Shown here in pieces: positions 44,533 to 55,970 of a DNA stretch of 64,000 nucleotides. Numbering within the stretch: the stretch's first letter is position 1; each line of letters starts with the position of its first letter. The stretch comes from Minisyncoccota bacterium (GTDB taxonomy: Bacteria > Patescibacteriota > Minisyncoccia > Phycocordibacterales > PALSA-1337), in contig JBAYFZ010000001.1 in NCBI GenBank assembly GCA_041666915.1, positions 73,086 to 137,085 on the forward strand, given 5' to 3'. Position numbers and translations under genes: made by a program. Below the pieces are notes generated by a model that did not search any database, had not been told where the DNA came from, and worked only from the letters and a program-made list of their open reading frames with translations.

Positions 44533-45801
44533 ATGCCATATGCACATGTATTTTCGGCTTTCGTTGGTCATATAGAGACCTTTATTTCGCAAGGTGGATA
44601 TTTTTTCCTTTTCATTTTTACTATATTGGAAGGTATTCCACTGTTTGGTATGGTTATTCCTGGTCATATTGCCATCATCGCTTCAGGTTTCTTGGCAAAA
44701 ATCGGCACCTTGGATTTGTTATGGGTTCTAGTTATTTCTGGAGCGGGAGCAATCATCGGTGATTATATAGGATTTTATTTTGGTAGGAAGTATGGTATGG
44801 CTTTTATAGAAAAATTTCGTCCGTATTTTTTTATTACAGATGCGCATATAGAAAAAGCTCAAACTCTTTTGAATAAACATACCGGTAAAGCTTTGATTAT
44901 GGGTAGATTTACACCAGCTACTCGTTCACTCATGCCATTTTTGGTTGGTGCTTCCCATACTCCGGCTGGACGTTTTTGGTTTTTCAATATTATCGGTGGG
45001 ATAACATGGGTTACTACCTCTGTAATGCTTGGATATGTATTCGGTACCGCTTATCATGCTGTTGCAGGGTATATGGGCAAAGTTTTGGTCGTTGCTATAT
45101 TAGTTTCTCTCATAACTATTTGGGGTTATAGATTTGTAAATTCTCGTTTTCATATTTTTAGACGTTATGAATTGTTTACTCTTATTTTGAATGTCTTGTC
45201 GTTGGGATCTCTGGCTATTATCATAGATAAGTTGTCTGATGAGACATTTAAATTAAATTTTGATGTTTGGATAAGTGTTTTTATGGATAAATTCAATCAT
45301 CTTCATCCTTACTTTACAACTTTGGCTGATTGGATTTCTAATATAGGTAGTACGGCTGTGACGGCTGGTTTGGGGATTATTATCGGGGTGTACTTCCTCT
45401 TCAAAAAGAAATGGCGTTCTGGAACTATTATGCTTTTAGCTGTAGGATCTACGGGAATAGTCACCGGTCTCATGAAAGAATTTTTCCTGAGTGAAAGACC
45501 TGTGAATGCTCTCCATGCCATAGTCAATGATCCGAGTTTCCCTAGTGGTCACTCTTCTCTGGCAGCGGCTTTCTTTGTAATTTTGGCATATCTCTTGGCA
45601 CCAAAGATAGAATCTTGGATTAAAAGGGAATTTATGATAGTTGTTTGTGTTCTGGCAGTTATTTTGATAGGTGTTAGTCGTCTAGTCTTGAATGTTCACT
45701 GGTTTTCTGACGTTGTTGCTGGTTGGTCTTTGGGAATATTTATGGCAACAGCCTCAATACTTTTTGTTAGATATGTAGGAGCGCTTGTTATAAAGAAATA
45801 A
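44533..45801 (+). CDS. DedA (VTT-domain) membrane protein fused to a PAP2 phosphatase domain (undecaprenyl-pyrophosphate phosphatase-like)
   Basis: N-terminal DedA motifs (EGIPLFGMVIPGH..., GDYIGFYFGRKYG). C-terminal PAP2 motifs KEFFLSERP, PSGHS, SRLVLNVHWFSDV. Confidence 0.65.
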   Translation: MPYAHVFSAFVGHIETFISQGGYFFLFIFTILEGIPLFGMVIPGHIAIIASGFLAKIGTLDLLWVLVISGAGAIIGDYIGFYFGRKYGMAFIEKFRPYFFITDAHIEKAQTLLNKHTGKALIMGRFTPATRSLMPFLVGASHTPAGRFWFFNIIGGITWVTTSVMLGYVFGTAYHAVAGYMGKVLVVAILVSLITIWGYRFVNSRFHIFRRYELFTLILNVLSLGSLAIIIDKLSDETFKLNFDVWISVFMDKFNHLHPYFTTLADWISNIGSTAVTAGLGIIIGVYFLFKKKWRSGTIMLLAVGSTGIVTGLMKEFFLSERPVNALHAIVNDPSFPSGHSSLAAAFFVILAYLLAPKIESWIKREFMIVVCVLAVILIGVSRLVLNVHWFSDVVAGWSLGIFMATASILFVRYVGALVIKK

Positions 45802-45812
45802 TTAATCATGTG

Positions 45813-45934
45813 TGTCATTCCCGCGAAGGCGATTTAGCAAAATCGTGTCGAATGGACCGGGAATCCATGGTTACCACAAGATATAGACTGTTGATTCGTA
45901 ATAATCCTGGATTCCCGCCTTCGCGGGAATGACA
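45813..45934. repeat. MITE-family copy (subfamily with a 27-bp insertion in the left arm), intergenic
   Basis: TGTCATTCCCGCGAAGGCG[ATTTAGCAAAATCGTGTCGAATGGACC]GGGAATCCA...TTCGTAATAATCCTGGATTCCCGCCTTCGCGGGAATGACA. Confidence 0.75.
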
Positions 45935-45968
45935 AAAATGCAGGAATAATAGAAATCATGTAAAATAA

Positions 45969-46727
45969 ATGCCTATGAATAAATATAAATTAGTTTTAGT
46001 TAGACACGGCGAAAGCCAATGGAATAAAGAGAATAGGTTTGCGGGTTGGGTTGATGTGGATTTGAGTGAGAAGGGTGTAGGTGAAGCCCATTCTGCTGGT
46101 AAAGCCCTGAAAGAAGCCGGTTTCACTTTTGATTTGTCGTTTACTTCATTTTTGAAAAGAGCCAATAGGACTTTGGATATTATTCTCGGGGAAATGGGTG
46201 AGAGTAATATTGAAATCCGTAAATCTTGGAAATTGAATGAGCGTCATTACGGTTCTCTTCAGGGTTTGAATAAGTCTGAGATGGCTACAAAATATGGTGA
46301 AGCCCAAGTTAAACTTTGGCGAAGAGGTTATGATACGGTTATTCCACCTTTGACCAAGGATAGTGAAATGTACCCAGGTAGAGACCCTCTTTACAAAGAT
46401 CTCAAAGAATCAGAGATCCCTTTGTCAGAAAATTTGAAGATGGTTGTAGAGAGGGTTGTGCCATATTGGCAAGAATCCATAGTTCCTGAGATAAAGGGTG
46501 GTCACAAGATTATCATTGCCGCTTCTGGTAATAGTTTACGTGCGCTTATGAAGCATATAGAAGGTATTTCTGATGAGGAGATTACTGGTATTGATGTGCC
46601 AACGGGTATCCCTTTGGTCTATGAATTGGATGAAAATTTGAAGGTCATTAGCAAGAAGTATTTGGCTGATGAGGAGAAGCTCAAAGTTGCCATAGAAGCA
46701 GTTGCAAATCAAGGTAAGGCAAAATAG
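45969..46727 (+). CDS. gpmA: 2,3-bisphosphoglycerate-dependent phosphoglycerate mutase
   Basis: LVLVRHGESQWNKENRFAGWVDVDLSEKG, RHYG, and a C-terminal histidine phosphatase fold. Confidence 0.85.
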   Translation: MPMNKYKLVLVRHGESQWNKENRFAGWVDVDLSEKGVGEAHSAGKALKEAGFTFDLSFTSFLKRANRTLDIILGEMGESNIEIRKSWKLNERHYGSLQGLNKSEMATKYGEAQVKLWRRGYDTVIPPLTKDSEMYPGRDPLYKDLKESEIPLSENLKMVVERVVPYWQESIVPEIKGGHKIIIAASGNSLRALMKHIEGISDEEITGIDVPTGIPLVYELDENLKVISKKYLADEEKLKVAIEAVANQGKAK

Positions 46728-47284
46728 TGGAATTAAATTCTTTTTTGTGTCCTAATTTTTAACCAAATTACATCACACCATAAAAGTACGGTTTTACGGC
46801 ATTATTGCGATATAGGTTTTGACGAGTAGTCAACTTGGTGAGGGAAAGTAGTTTGCCCTTGAAGTGGTATTAAAATTCTTTCTGCGGGAGTTAACCAACC
46901 TGCATTAATAACATGGCAAAGCCAGTTCCTCCTCAGGTTCCACCACAGGTGCCTCCTCAGGCATAATGTGTAGTGAAATCCCCGTAACGGGGATTTTTCT
47001 ATAATGGATATTTCCTTTGTTATTCATGCGAGCATTCTCATATGTAAAACACTGTAAAACACCTTTCCATACGCACAAAAGCCCGCCTGAGCGGGCTCCT
47101 GTGCCATAATGTTCACATGGTTAGAAGAAAGATTCCGAAAGTATAAAGGTGGGATCCTGACCGGCGGGGAGCCAGTGTTGTGCGGATTCCTTGTTGATTA
47201 GTTAAGGATCTTCTTCATAACGTGAACTGCATACATTGTCTTATTAAATTTAGATTAAATCAAGAGGTATCGGTGCAGAAAAAA

Positions 47285-47550
47285 GTTGATAACGTGGGGA
47301 CAGTGAGTATTTTTCTGGGGATAGTGAATCAGGTGATGGATTTTTAATTGTAGGAAGGGTAAGTGGTGACATTTTTCTTTTTAAGATAAGTTAATTTTTT
47401 GTTATGAGTCGTGAATTTTTGGTTTGGTACGGGCTTTGATGTTTTGATGTAGACGCGGGCCGTCGTATGATCTGTCTTGATTTGAAAATACCCCCCTCCC
47501 CGGGGAGGGGGGTGGTGTCGTCGTTTGTAGATCTGATACCCCGGGGTATC
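47285..47550. repeat. GT-skewed repeat element, copy 2, ending in palindromes CCCCCCCTCCCCGGGGAGGGGGG and ATACCCCGGGGTAT
   Basis: Same architecture and composition as 41883-42345. The sub-terminal CTTGATTTGAAAATA resembles CTTGTTTTGATTGTGA in copy 1. Confidence 0.55.
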
Positions 47551-47699
47551 AAGAAGAAGATTAGGATTACTACCAGAGTACGAACCTCTAAAAAGGTGTT
47601 GCAATTAGCCTGCAAACTTTGTTACGTTTAGAACGAGAATTCACCGCGGAGTATTTGACAGATATAATAAGTCATGCTATTCTGTAGTAAGAGTACACG

Positions 47700-48122
47700 T
47701 TGATTGAAACATCAGCATCAATAATTAAATACGATAGATTCTATATGCTAAACGCTAATGAAATCACAGAGCTCTTTAAGAGGTTAGAAAGAAAACATGG
47801 TGTCTATGATCCAGAATTCGATAAGAAAATTGAAGACGGTATATTAACAGGCGACATCCTTGGTCCTGAACAGCTTCGTAATTTTTCGGACGAATTTGAT
47901 ATTCCAGTTGATATAATCCGAACATTCTCTTTAGAACAGTTTGGGCTACTGATGGCGGAATCTTGTGATGGTGTTCAGCTTTCATTCGAAGCCGAACAAG
48001 AAATCCTCGATCAATTGGTTGAAGTAGAAAAAGCAGGTGGATTAGCTGCTTATTTAAAACAAAAGACAAAGAAGAAACAATGTCCAAGCCAGCAGCTTCT
48101 TCCCAGTACAAGACGTCGTTAG
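47700..48122 (+). CDS. hypothetical protein (140 aa)
   Basis: ORF followed by a bidirectional terminator (AAAACGCACA...TGTGCGTTTT). Confidence 0.4.
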   Translation: MIETSASIIKYDRFYMLNANEITELFKRLERKHGVYDPEFDKKIEDGILTGDILGPEQLRNFSDEFDIPVDIIRTFSLEQFGLLMAESCDGVQLSFEAEQEILDQLVEVEKAGGLAAYLKQKTKKKQCPSQQLLPSTRRR

Positions 48123-48198
48123 ACTGTTTAATTCAAAAAACGCACAACCTTTGGGTATGTGCGTTTTCCTTTTTTTGATTTGATAATCCCGCCACCCT

Positions 48199-49542
<1,344 letters not shown>

Positions 49543-49563
49543 TTATGTCATCTGCACTCGCGT

Positions 49564-49689
49564 TGTCATTCCCACGAAGGCGATTTAGCAAAATCGTGTC
49601 GAATGGACCGGGAATCCAGTGTGTTACCACTTAGTATGCTGACTTTTAGTTCGTAATAATCCTGGATTCCCGCCTTCGCGGGAATGACA
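49564..49689. repeat. MITE-family copy (same subfamily as 45813-45934), intergenic eno/MFS
   Basis: TGTCATTCCCACGAAGGCG[ATTTAGCAAAATCGTGTCGAATGGACC]GGGAATCCA...CCTGGATTCCCGCCTTCGCGGGAATGACA, plus a partial extra GGAATGACAAAAA at 49697-49709. Confidence 0.75.
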
Positions 49690-49708
49690 ACAACAGGAAT
49701 GACAAAAA

Positions 49709-50878
49709 TTATTTTGTATCCTTAATAGTCAGCACCGGATATAGTGCCACAAGTGATATTATTCCTATAACAATGAACATATATTGAGTATCCAAGAATG
49801 TAAGACCTATTATCATGATGAGTGGAGCAAGAAAATATGAGAGTGGGCGAGTGATACGGAATGAGCCCAAGACGGCAGTATCTCTAACAGAAACTGTTTT
49901 GAAGAAATAAGTTTCCATCATAATTTCAGCAGCGGCAGCTCCTATACGAGTAACCAATAGTAATATAGACCAAATCAAAACACTTTTGATTGTAAAAAAC
50001 GATAGACATATTGTTGATATTCCCATTATTGCAAAACCAATAGCCATTATCTCTTTTTCACCATATTTTTTGTCAGCCAATTTTCCTAGAGGATATTGGA
50101 TAAGAGGGAATGGTATGAGCATTATGACTAAAATTATCCCTATCTCTTCCCAATTGAAACCAATATTTTTGTTTAGATAAATAGTACTGTAAACGACCAT
50201 CCAAGAATAGAATGTCTGAAGGATAATGTTGGCGTAGAACAATTTCATCCAGTTCTTATTTGAAGATATGTGTTTAACCAATTGCCAAGGCGAAAGATGC
50301 ATGTAATTTGGATCATGGAAACGTGGAAAATTGCGGTATATGAGATAGAGAAGAGGGAAAAGCATTGCCAGAGCAGCTACGTAAGTATTGCGATAGTTAT
50401 TTGTACCATTGATGAGCATACTACCTATGAGTGGACCTATAACCCAAGAAGCGTTGAGAGTAGCAGAGTATAATCCTCTGACTGTGCCGACCGATGAACC
50501 GTCAGTATAAACTTCTAAGAATATATCCAGACAAAGACCAATTAGAGAAGAGATCGCCATTTGAATGACGAATAGAATTATCAAAGTCTGCGTTGATGTA
50601 GTTGAGATGAGTCCGTAAAACAATCCTATTTGTATGCAAACCAATAGCATAGTTGTCGTATAATTTCCTAGACGACGGATGATATGCGGAGCCAATAGGA
50701 AACCGAGAATAGAAACCGCAGAACCTATCATGTAGATGAGGCTTACTAGTTGTCCATCGGCAAATACACTCAAGAAACTTGAGTTTGAATACATGGGTAT
50801 GACCATGTGCAGAGTGAAGATGAAGCCGATGACAGCGACCGTGTAGATTATATGAGAACGAGGTCTATGGATTGTCAT
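49709..50878 (-). CDS. MFS transporter (12 TM)
   Basis: 389-aa polytopic protein with 6+6 TM organisation and MFS-like loop motifs. Confidence 0.65.
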   Translation of the reverse strand: MTIHRPRSHIIYTVAVIGFIFTLHMVIPMYSNSSFLSVFADGQLVSLIYMIGSAVSILGFLLAPHIIRRLGNYTTTMLLVCIQIGLFYGLISTTSTQTLIILFVIQMAISSLIGLCLDIFLEVYTDGSSVGTVRGLYSATLNASWVIGPLIGSMLINGTNNYRNTYVAALAMLFPLLYLIYRNFPRFHDPNYMHLSPWQLVKHISSNKNWMKLFYANIILQTFYSWMVVYSTIYLNKNIGFNWEEIGIILVIMLIPFPLIQYPLGKLADKKYGEKEIMAIGFAIMGISTICLSFFTIKSVLIWSILLLVTRIGAAAAEIMMETYFFKTVSVRDTAVLGSFRITRPLSYFLAPLIMIIGLTFLDTQYMFIVIGIISLVALYPVLTIKDTK

Positions 50879-50961
50879 GTGTTTCTAATATTATAACAGG
50901 AGTAAGTTAAATTTGGTACGATATTGCACCAATTTAATAATAATGTTAGATTACATGAACT

Positions 50962-51225
50962 ATGAAGAAAGATATACATCCAAAGAACTACCGCCAAGTT
51001 ATTTTCGCCGACAATTCAAGTGGCGCTAAATTCCTCGTATCTTCTACTATTGAAACAAAAGAAACCCAAAAGTGGACAGATGGTAAAGATTACCCAGTTC
51101 ATTTCGTTGAAATTTCTAGTGCTTCACATCCTTTCTATACCAAAGAAGAGAAGATTATTGATACCGCTGGTCGTGTTGAGAAATTCAAGACTCGCCAATC
51201 CAAAGCCAGTTCAAAGAAAGCTTAG
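50962..51225 (+). CDS. rpmE: 50S ribosomal protein L31 (type B, non-zinc form)
   Basis: [13 protein letters not shown]...[27 protein letters not shown]. Confidence 0.85.
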   Translation: MKKDIHPKNYRQVIFADNSSGAKFLVSSTIETKETQKWTDGKDYPVHFVEISSASHPFYTKEEKIIDTAGRVEKFKTRQSKASSKKA

Positions 51226-51267
51226 GCTCACACCGCACTTCAAAGTGCGGTTTTGCGTTATTCCACT

Positions 51268-52245
51268 ATGAATATTGAACAATATAAAACCAATCCTAAA
51301 ACGGCCTTTCTAGCAGGTCAGTATGAAAAATTATTGAAAGATGAAAAGGAGATGCAGACTATGGCAGAAAAGGATCCTTCTCTGAAAGAATTGGCCGAAG
51401 GCGATCTCGCTTCTATTCGTGAACAAAAGAAAAATCTTGAAGAACAGATGACTGCTATTTTGGAAGGTGACAAAGAAGAAGATGAAAAGCCAAATGAAGT
51501 CATTCTAGAAGTCCGTGCTGGTGCTGGTGGTGACGAAGCGGCTCTCTTTGCTGCTGAACTTTTGAATATGTACAAAAGATATGCTGAGACAAAAGGTTGG
51601 TCTGCAAAATTAACTGAAAAATCAGAGAATGATGTTGGTGGTTACAAGGATGCTTGTCTTGAGATAAAAGGCAAAGGTGTTTATGAAGATTTACGTTGGG
51701 AGACCGGTGTTCACCGTGTTCAGCGTGTTCCAGAAACAGAAAAGATGGGACGTATTCACACATCTACGGCATCAGTTGCTATTATGCCTATTCGTAAAAA
51801 ATTCAAATATCAGCTAAATATGGCTGATGTTGAAATGGAATTCTCTCGTGCTGGTGGTAAAGGTGGTCAAAATGTTAATAAGGTTGAATCAGCTGTGAGA
51901 GTTATTCACAGACCGACTGGTATTGATGTACGTTCTACTGTCGAGCGTAGTCAAGGTGCAAATAGGGAAAAAGCTTTACAATTACTTACGTCAAAACTTG
52001 AAGCTTTGAAAGAAGAAGAAGAGGCCAAGAAATTTTCGGCACATCGTAAGGGTCAGATCGGTACAGGTGATCGCTCCGAAAAGATTCGTACTTACAATTA
52101 TCCTCAAGATCGTGTGACTGATCATCGTATCAAACAGTCATGGCACAATCTCCCACTTATTTTGTTAGGTAAATTTGGTCCCATCACCGAAGCCTTGAAA
52201 GAATTTGAGAAGACAGGGAAGGTGGGGAATGAGGATGAGGAATAA
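51268..52245 (+). CDS. prfA: peptide chain release factor 1
   Basis: GGQ motif (RAGGKGGQNVNKVES) and a PET tripeptide (RF1-type PxT) in VHRVQRVPETEKMGRIHTS. Start taken at MNIEQYK. Confidence 0.85.
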   Translation: MNIEQYKTNPKTAFLAGQYEKLLKDEKEMQTMAEKDPSLKELAEGDLASIREQKKNLEEQMTAILEGDKEEDEKPNEVILEVRAGAGGDEAALFAAELLNMYKRYAETKGWSAKLTEKSENDVGGYKDACLEIKGKGVYEDLRWETGVHRVQRVPETEKMGRIHTSTASVAIMPIRKKFKYQLNMADVEMEFSRAGGKGGQNVNKVESAVRVIHRPTGIDVRSTVERSQGANREKALQLLTSKLEALKEEEEAKKFSAHRKGQIGTGDRSEKIRTYNYPQDRVTDHRIKQSWHNLPLILLGKFGPITEALKEFEKTGKVGNEDEE

Positions 52246-52347
52246 TTGGGTTGGGATGATGTAAAAGAAAAACCGTTGGCAGAAGTCAACGGTTTTTTGT
52301 GAGTTGTAGATTTAACAGGGTATTGGATCTTGTTCTAACGGTCTCGA

Positions 52348-52806
52348 TTAATCCAATTTGAATTCACCGGAGATGTCGAGTGTGACCGCCTCACCTTCGC
52401 CGAATTGGTCCCAAAGATGTCGGTTAGCGATATGGGTCACGATAGAAGCGACTTCGTTGAATTCAAGCGGAGTCTTTTCAACGATGCTGTAAACTTCATT
52501 TCGAAGATCGTGGAGATCCCAGAAGAATCCCATTTTGAGCATACGAAAAGCAATCTTAGCTTCACGTTCGTTTGGTTCAGAATCGTAATGATGACCTCTG
52601 AGTTCACAGCTATGGAGGATTTCTGGGATAAGGAACCTGTTGAAGAATCCCAATAATTCCTCGCGTGGACAGCCGATACGCTGTGCATTCTTGGTTATAC
52701 GTTGAGCAAACTCGCTCGGTCGGAGGTCGATACCTTGACGGCCGATTTTGAACTTCAGGATAATGAGGGCTTTCTTGCCGACTTCATGTGCACTGAGTTT
52801 TATCAT
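52348..52806 (-). CDS. HD-superfamily phosphohydrolase-like protein (weak)
   Basis: H...HD spacing (ILHSCEL ... WDLHDLRNE) then HIANRH and D. The opposite-strand ORFs are rejected. Confidence 0.35.
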   Translation of the reverse strand: MIKLSAHEVGKKALIILKFKIGRQGIDLRPSEFAQRITKNAQRIGCPREELLGFFNRFLIPEILHSCELRGHHYDSEPNEREAKIAFRMLKMGFFWDLHDLRNEVYSIVEKTPLEFNEVASIVTHIANRHLWDQFGEGEAVTLDISGEFKLD

Positions 52807-53039
52807 ACTAACCTTTCTTTTTGTTTGTTTTGTGCTGATGCTCTAGGAATCATCCTAGAACCAATACCGGCGACGCACTTATGCCGGTACAAGTAATTTA
52901 TCATATTACACAATAGAAGTCAATATGTTGTCCAATTGTAGTAAACGTCAACCCCGCCATTAAGGCGGGGTTAGTGGGAAATCCCAAATTATGCTAAAAG
53001 TTTACCAAATCTGACTTCGAAGTCAAATTTTATCATTGG

Positions 53040-53111
53040 TGCCCCCGGCAGGAATTGAACCTACATCAAACGCTTAGGACGCGTCTATTCTATCCGTTGA
53101 ACTACGAGGGC
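53040..53111 (-). tRNA. tRNA-Arg (anticodon CCU)
   Basis: Reverse complement folds as acceptor GCCCTCG/CGGGGGC, anticodon stem GACGC/GCGTT with loop GTCCTAA, T-arm GTAGG-TTCAATT-CCTGC. Confidence 0.75.
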
Positions 53112-53738
53112 ATTGAATTTTTTCTTTATCTCATTTATGAGACTTATAAGTAGTTTAAAGTATTGCGCACCTTTTGCAACTCTAATACGGCACATGCCAA
53201 ATTTGAGTTTACCTATTTTTTGTCCATGGACAATTTCAATTTTTCCTATTCGTTCTGGTTTTATATCTAAAATGTTTGACCAAAACAAGATTGCTTCTCT
53301 TTTACTGATTCCATTATAGAGTCTCAAGTTGATCTTTAATTGTTCTTTTGCAATACCTATATCTTGTAAACAAGAGACGAAGACTTTGATAAGTTGCGGA
53401 TCAGAATTAATTAGATTTAACTCTTTTTTCGTTCCTTCACCCCAGTAAATACCTATAAGAAGACAAAGTCTTTGTTCAAGAGATAACGGATTACCAATTA
53501 ATTCTTGTGCTTTAGCATCAGCTTCATCCCAAGCTTTTTTAGCTCGTTTTTTACTTCCACCTTGTTTGGTCTTTAATATTGATATGTATTTTGAAGGAAT
53601 AGGGACATTTTTGATATATTTAAATACAGTACTGGAGCCTCTCTTTGTAATCCGTCTTATTTCAGGAAGACTGTGTCCCGTTTTACGTAACGAAATAATT
53701 GAATCTATTTCTGATTGTGTAATCGGTATTCCATTCAT
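53085..53738 (-). CDS. HTH DNA-binding protein with a LAGLIDADG-like motif (possible homing-endonuclease-like protein); 3' end overlaps tRNA-Arg
   Basis: N-terminal resolvase/IS-type HTH (GHSLPEIRRITKRGSSTVFKYIK). LLIGIYWGEGTK resembles the LAGLIDADG dodecapeptide. The last 27 nt overlap the tRNA. Confidence 0.35.
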   Translation of the reverse strand: MNGIPITQSEIDSIISLRKTGHSLPEIRRITKRGSSTVFKYIKNVPIPSKYISILKTKQGGSKKRAKKAWDEADAKAQELIGNPLSLEQRLCLLIGIYWGEGTKKELNLINSDPQLIKVFVSCLQDIGIAKEQLKINLRLYNGISKREAILFWSNILDIKPERIGKIEIVHGQKIGKLKFGMCRIRVAKGAQYFKLLISLINEIKKKFNALVVQRIE

Positions 53739-53809
53739 TGGTTTATGATATTAAATTATATTAATGACGTACACTTCCGTCGGGAAAATAAATCTGTTAT
53801 AGTGTTCCC

Positions 53810-54103
53810 ATGACCCCAGAAGAGAAGTCATTATTGGAGCGCACATACAAAATGGCCGAGGAGAACAATCACATTCTCCGCGGTATTCGTAGATCCAATC
53901 GCTATGGTATAGCGGCAAAGATTTTCTATTGGGTAGTCATTATAGGTATTACTTTCGGTGCATTCTATTATTTACAACCGTATTTAAATTCAATGGTTAA
54001 TCTCATTGAACAAGCACAGAAGGCAGTACAAAGTGTAAATGGTACAGTTAGTCAGGCACAGAATATTTTTGGTTCTGTAACTGGTTCAACAACGAAGAAA
54101 TAG
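53810..54103 (+). CDS. small membrane protein (1 TM)
   Basis: 97-aa ORF with a central hydrophobic helix. Confidence 0.4.
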   Translation: MTPEEKSLLERTYKMAEENNHILRGIRRSNRYGIAAKIFYWVVIIGITFGAFYYLQPYLNSMVNLIEQAQKAVQSVNGTVSQAQNIFGSVTGSTTKK

Positions 54104-54137
54104 GATCTTTTAGAGGAGATACAGTAAAAATACCAAC

Positions 54138-54210
54138 GCCAAGGTAGCTCAGTTGGTAGAGCATTCCCCTGAAGAGGGAAGGGTCACCAGTTCGATCCTG
54201 GTCCTTGGCA
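54138..54210 (+). tRNA. tRNA-Phe (anticodon GAA)
   Basis: GCCAAGG acceptor, TAGCTCAGTTGGTAGAGC D-arm, anticodon stem TTCCC/GGGAA with loop CTGAAGA, T-arm ACCAG-TTCGATC-CTGGT. Confidence 0.85.
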
Positions 54211-54344
54211 CTACTTCATAGCATTGGCTTGACTGATAGTCATCCATGTGCTATACTATTACTAGTCAATTGAGTCTACGAAAATTATGTCGTAGGTTCA
54301 TAGAGTTAGTTCTTCGTAATATAACCCATTCAGAAAGACAGATT

Positions 54345-54533
54345 ATGACTAAAATTGTGAAAGGTAAGAAACGGAAAGCTCCACGTCGCAAACACGTTGG
54401 TTACGTGGAAAGTCCTCTCGATCGAAAAGTTGAAGATGGTGTGGCGGAGCGTATGCTTGGAAGTCTTGGAGGTATAAAATGGCTAATCTATAGAGACGGC
54501 GTGGTGGACTGGGAACAGTCTGGGTACGCATAG
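54345..54533 (+). CDS. small basic protein (hypothetical)
   Basis: 62-aa K/R-rich ORF followed by a bidirectional terminator. Confidence 0.3.
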   Translation: MTKIVKGKKRKAPRRKHVGYVESPLDRKVEDGVAERMLGSLGGIKWLIYRDGVVDWEQSGYA

Positions 54534-54614
54534 GTAAAGAAGTGGTTACCTAAAAACACCACTCAAAATTTCCCCGCGATCTGAAATATGGTCGCGGTTT
54601 TTTTACTCTCCAAA

Positions 54615-54830
54615 TTAAAGTCCCAAACTTGAACCATCCAAAAGTCCTGAGTAGGTACTCATGAAGTAAGGTGCGATCATGACAACAGCAATAAGCGGTA
54701 AGACAAAGACTATAATAGTTCCTATCATTGACCAGAGAAAATATTTTCTAGTTTTTTCTGCTGAAATATAGATTTGTTCCAGAAGATTGCGTTGCTCACG
54801 AAGCTCTTTTGTTAGTTCTTCATTATTCAT
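54615..54830 (-). CDS. small membrane protein (hypothetical)
   Basis: Start taken at MNNEELTKEL; coiled-coil N-terminus plus one TM. Confidence 0.35.
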   Translation of the reverse strand: MNNEELTKELREQRNLLEQIYISAEKTRKYFLWSMIGTIIVFVLPLIAVVMIAPYFMSTYSGLLDGSSLGL

Positions 54831-55087
54831 GCAAGAATTATAGCATATCCGTATACAGCTTCGCCGTTCGGTTATGCTGACCAAACGGCGAATATTTAGC
54901 GTGCCTGCCTAAAGGTGCTAATTTTAAGCTGTAGGGAAGATACTTCTGGATTATATGGTCATGATTTTGTAAGTTGTTAAGTTATGTCGACACATAACTA
55001 CAACTAGGTTATCAAACCGAGTTAAAATCCTGATTAAGAAAGGTTAAAGAAATGATTAAGAAATTTTGCTTACCCTTAGAGTGTGAC

Positions 55088-55777
55088 TTATAGCAATTTC
55101 AGATTTTCTGGAGTATCCATGATATAACCTCTTCCAGCAATGTTTGCTATGAGATTTGGCTTGTTACCTGTATTTATTTTCTTACGGAGATTGGTTATAT
55201 GAGCCTCTACTGTATTTGAAAAAGGGTTATTATCGGCTGTCCAGACATGTTCCATAAGCATGGCTCTAGATAAGACAATACCGATATTTTTCATGAAATA
55301 TTCCAATAGACCAAATTCTTTACGAGTTGGATGTATTCTCCTATTTCCTCGCCTTACAATATTTTTTTCAGAGTCTAATTCTAAATCGTGAACACGGAGT
55401 ATATGATTCTTTACTATGACAGGACGGCGGGATAGGGCTTTTAGTCGTGCAGATAATTCTTGTAGTGAAAAAGGCTTTTGTAAATAATCGTCAGCACCAC
55501 TTTCAAAAGCCATCATTTTTGTTTCAATACCTCCGTCTATTGTCAAAAACAGGATAGGCGTTGTCTTTCCAGCACTTCTGATCTCTCTACATATAGTGAG
55601 TCCGTCTTTCTTTGGTAAAGAATTGTCCAAAATTATAGCATCGTATTCAAAACTTCTAGCCAAGAATGAACCGTCGGCACCGTTATCTGTTAATTCAACA
55701 GTATTATTTTGGGCCATTAAATCGTTTTTGACGGTCTTGGCTAACTGCTGATCATCTTCAACAATGAGTAGCTTCAT
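55088..55777 (-). CDS. two-component response regulator, OmpR/PhoB family (orphan; no adjacent histidine kinase)
   Basis: MKLLIVEDD receiver domain with conserved D/K residues and a C-terminal winged-helix (RVHDLELD...LTRKEFGLLEY...NTVEAHITNLRKK). The upstream extension of the ORF is read-through of a MITE. Confidence 0.8.
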   Translation of the reverse strand: MKLLIVEDDQQLAKTVKNDLMAQNNTVELTDNGADGSFLARSFEYDAIILDNSLPKKDGLTICREIRSAGKTTPILFLTIDGGIETKMMAFESGADDYLQKPFSLQELSARLKALSRRPVIVKNHILRVHDLELDSEKNIVRRGNRRIHPTRKEFGLLEYFMKNIGIVLSRAMLMEHVWTADNNPFSNTVEAHITNLRKKINTGNKPNLIANIAGRGYIMDTPENLKLL

Positions 55778-55824
55778 GTTGGCGTAAGTATGCGGAATCT
55801 TTGGTAAATATGCAAGTCCCGTTA

Positions 55825-55914
55825 TGTCATTCCCGCGAAGGCGGGAATCCATGTCAGACCACAAATAAACTTTTCTTGGTAATATCCTGGATTCCCGCCT
55901 TCGCGGGAATGACA
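55825..55914. repeat. MITE-family copy in the response-regulator promoter region
   Basis: TGTCATTCCCGCGAAGGCGGGAATCCATGTCAGACCACAAATAAACTTTTCTTGGTAATATCCTGGATTCCCGCCTTCGCGGGAATGACA. Confidence 0.75.
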
Positions 55915-55970
55915 CAAGAGGACCAACGGATTTGACTTAACCCCGCGATTTTGTTACCTTATGTCTACAT

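Noticed and set aside
55778-55915. 46-residue N-terminal extension (MSFPRRRESRILP...SRLRGND...) of the response regulator
   Set aside because: It is encoded by the upstream MITE copy. The receiver domain starts at MKLLIVEDD.
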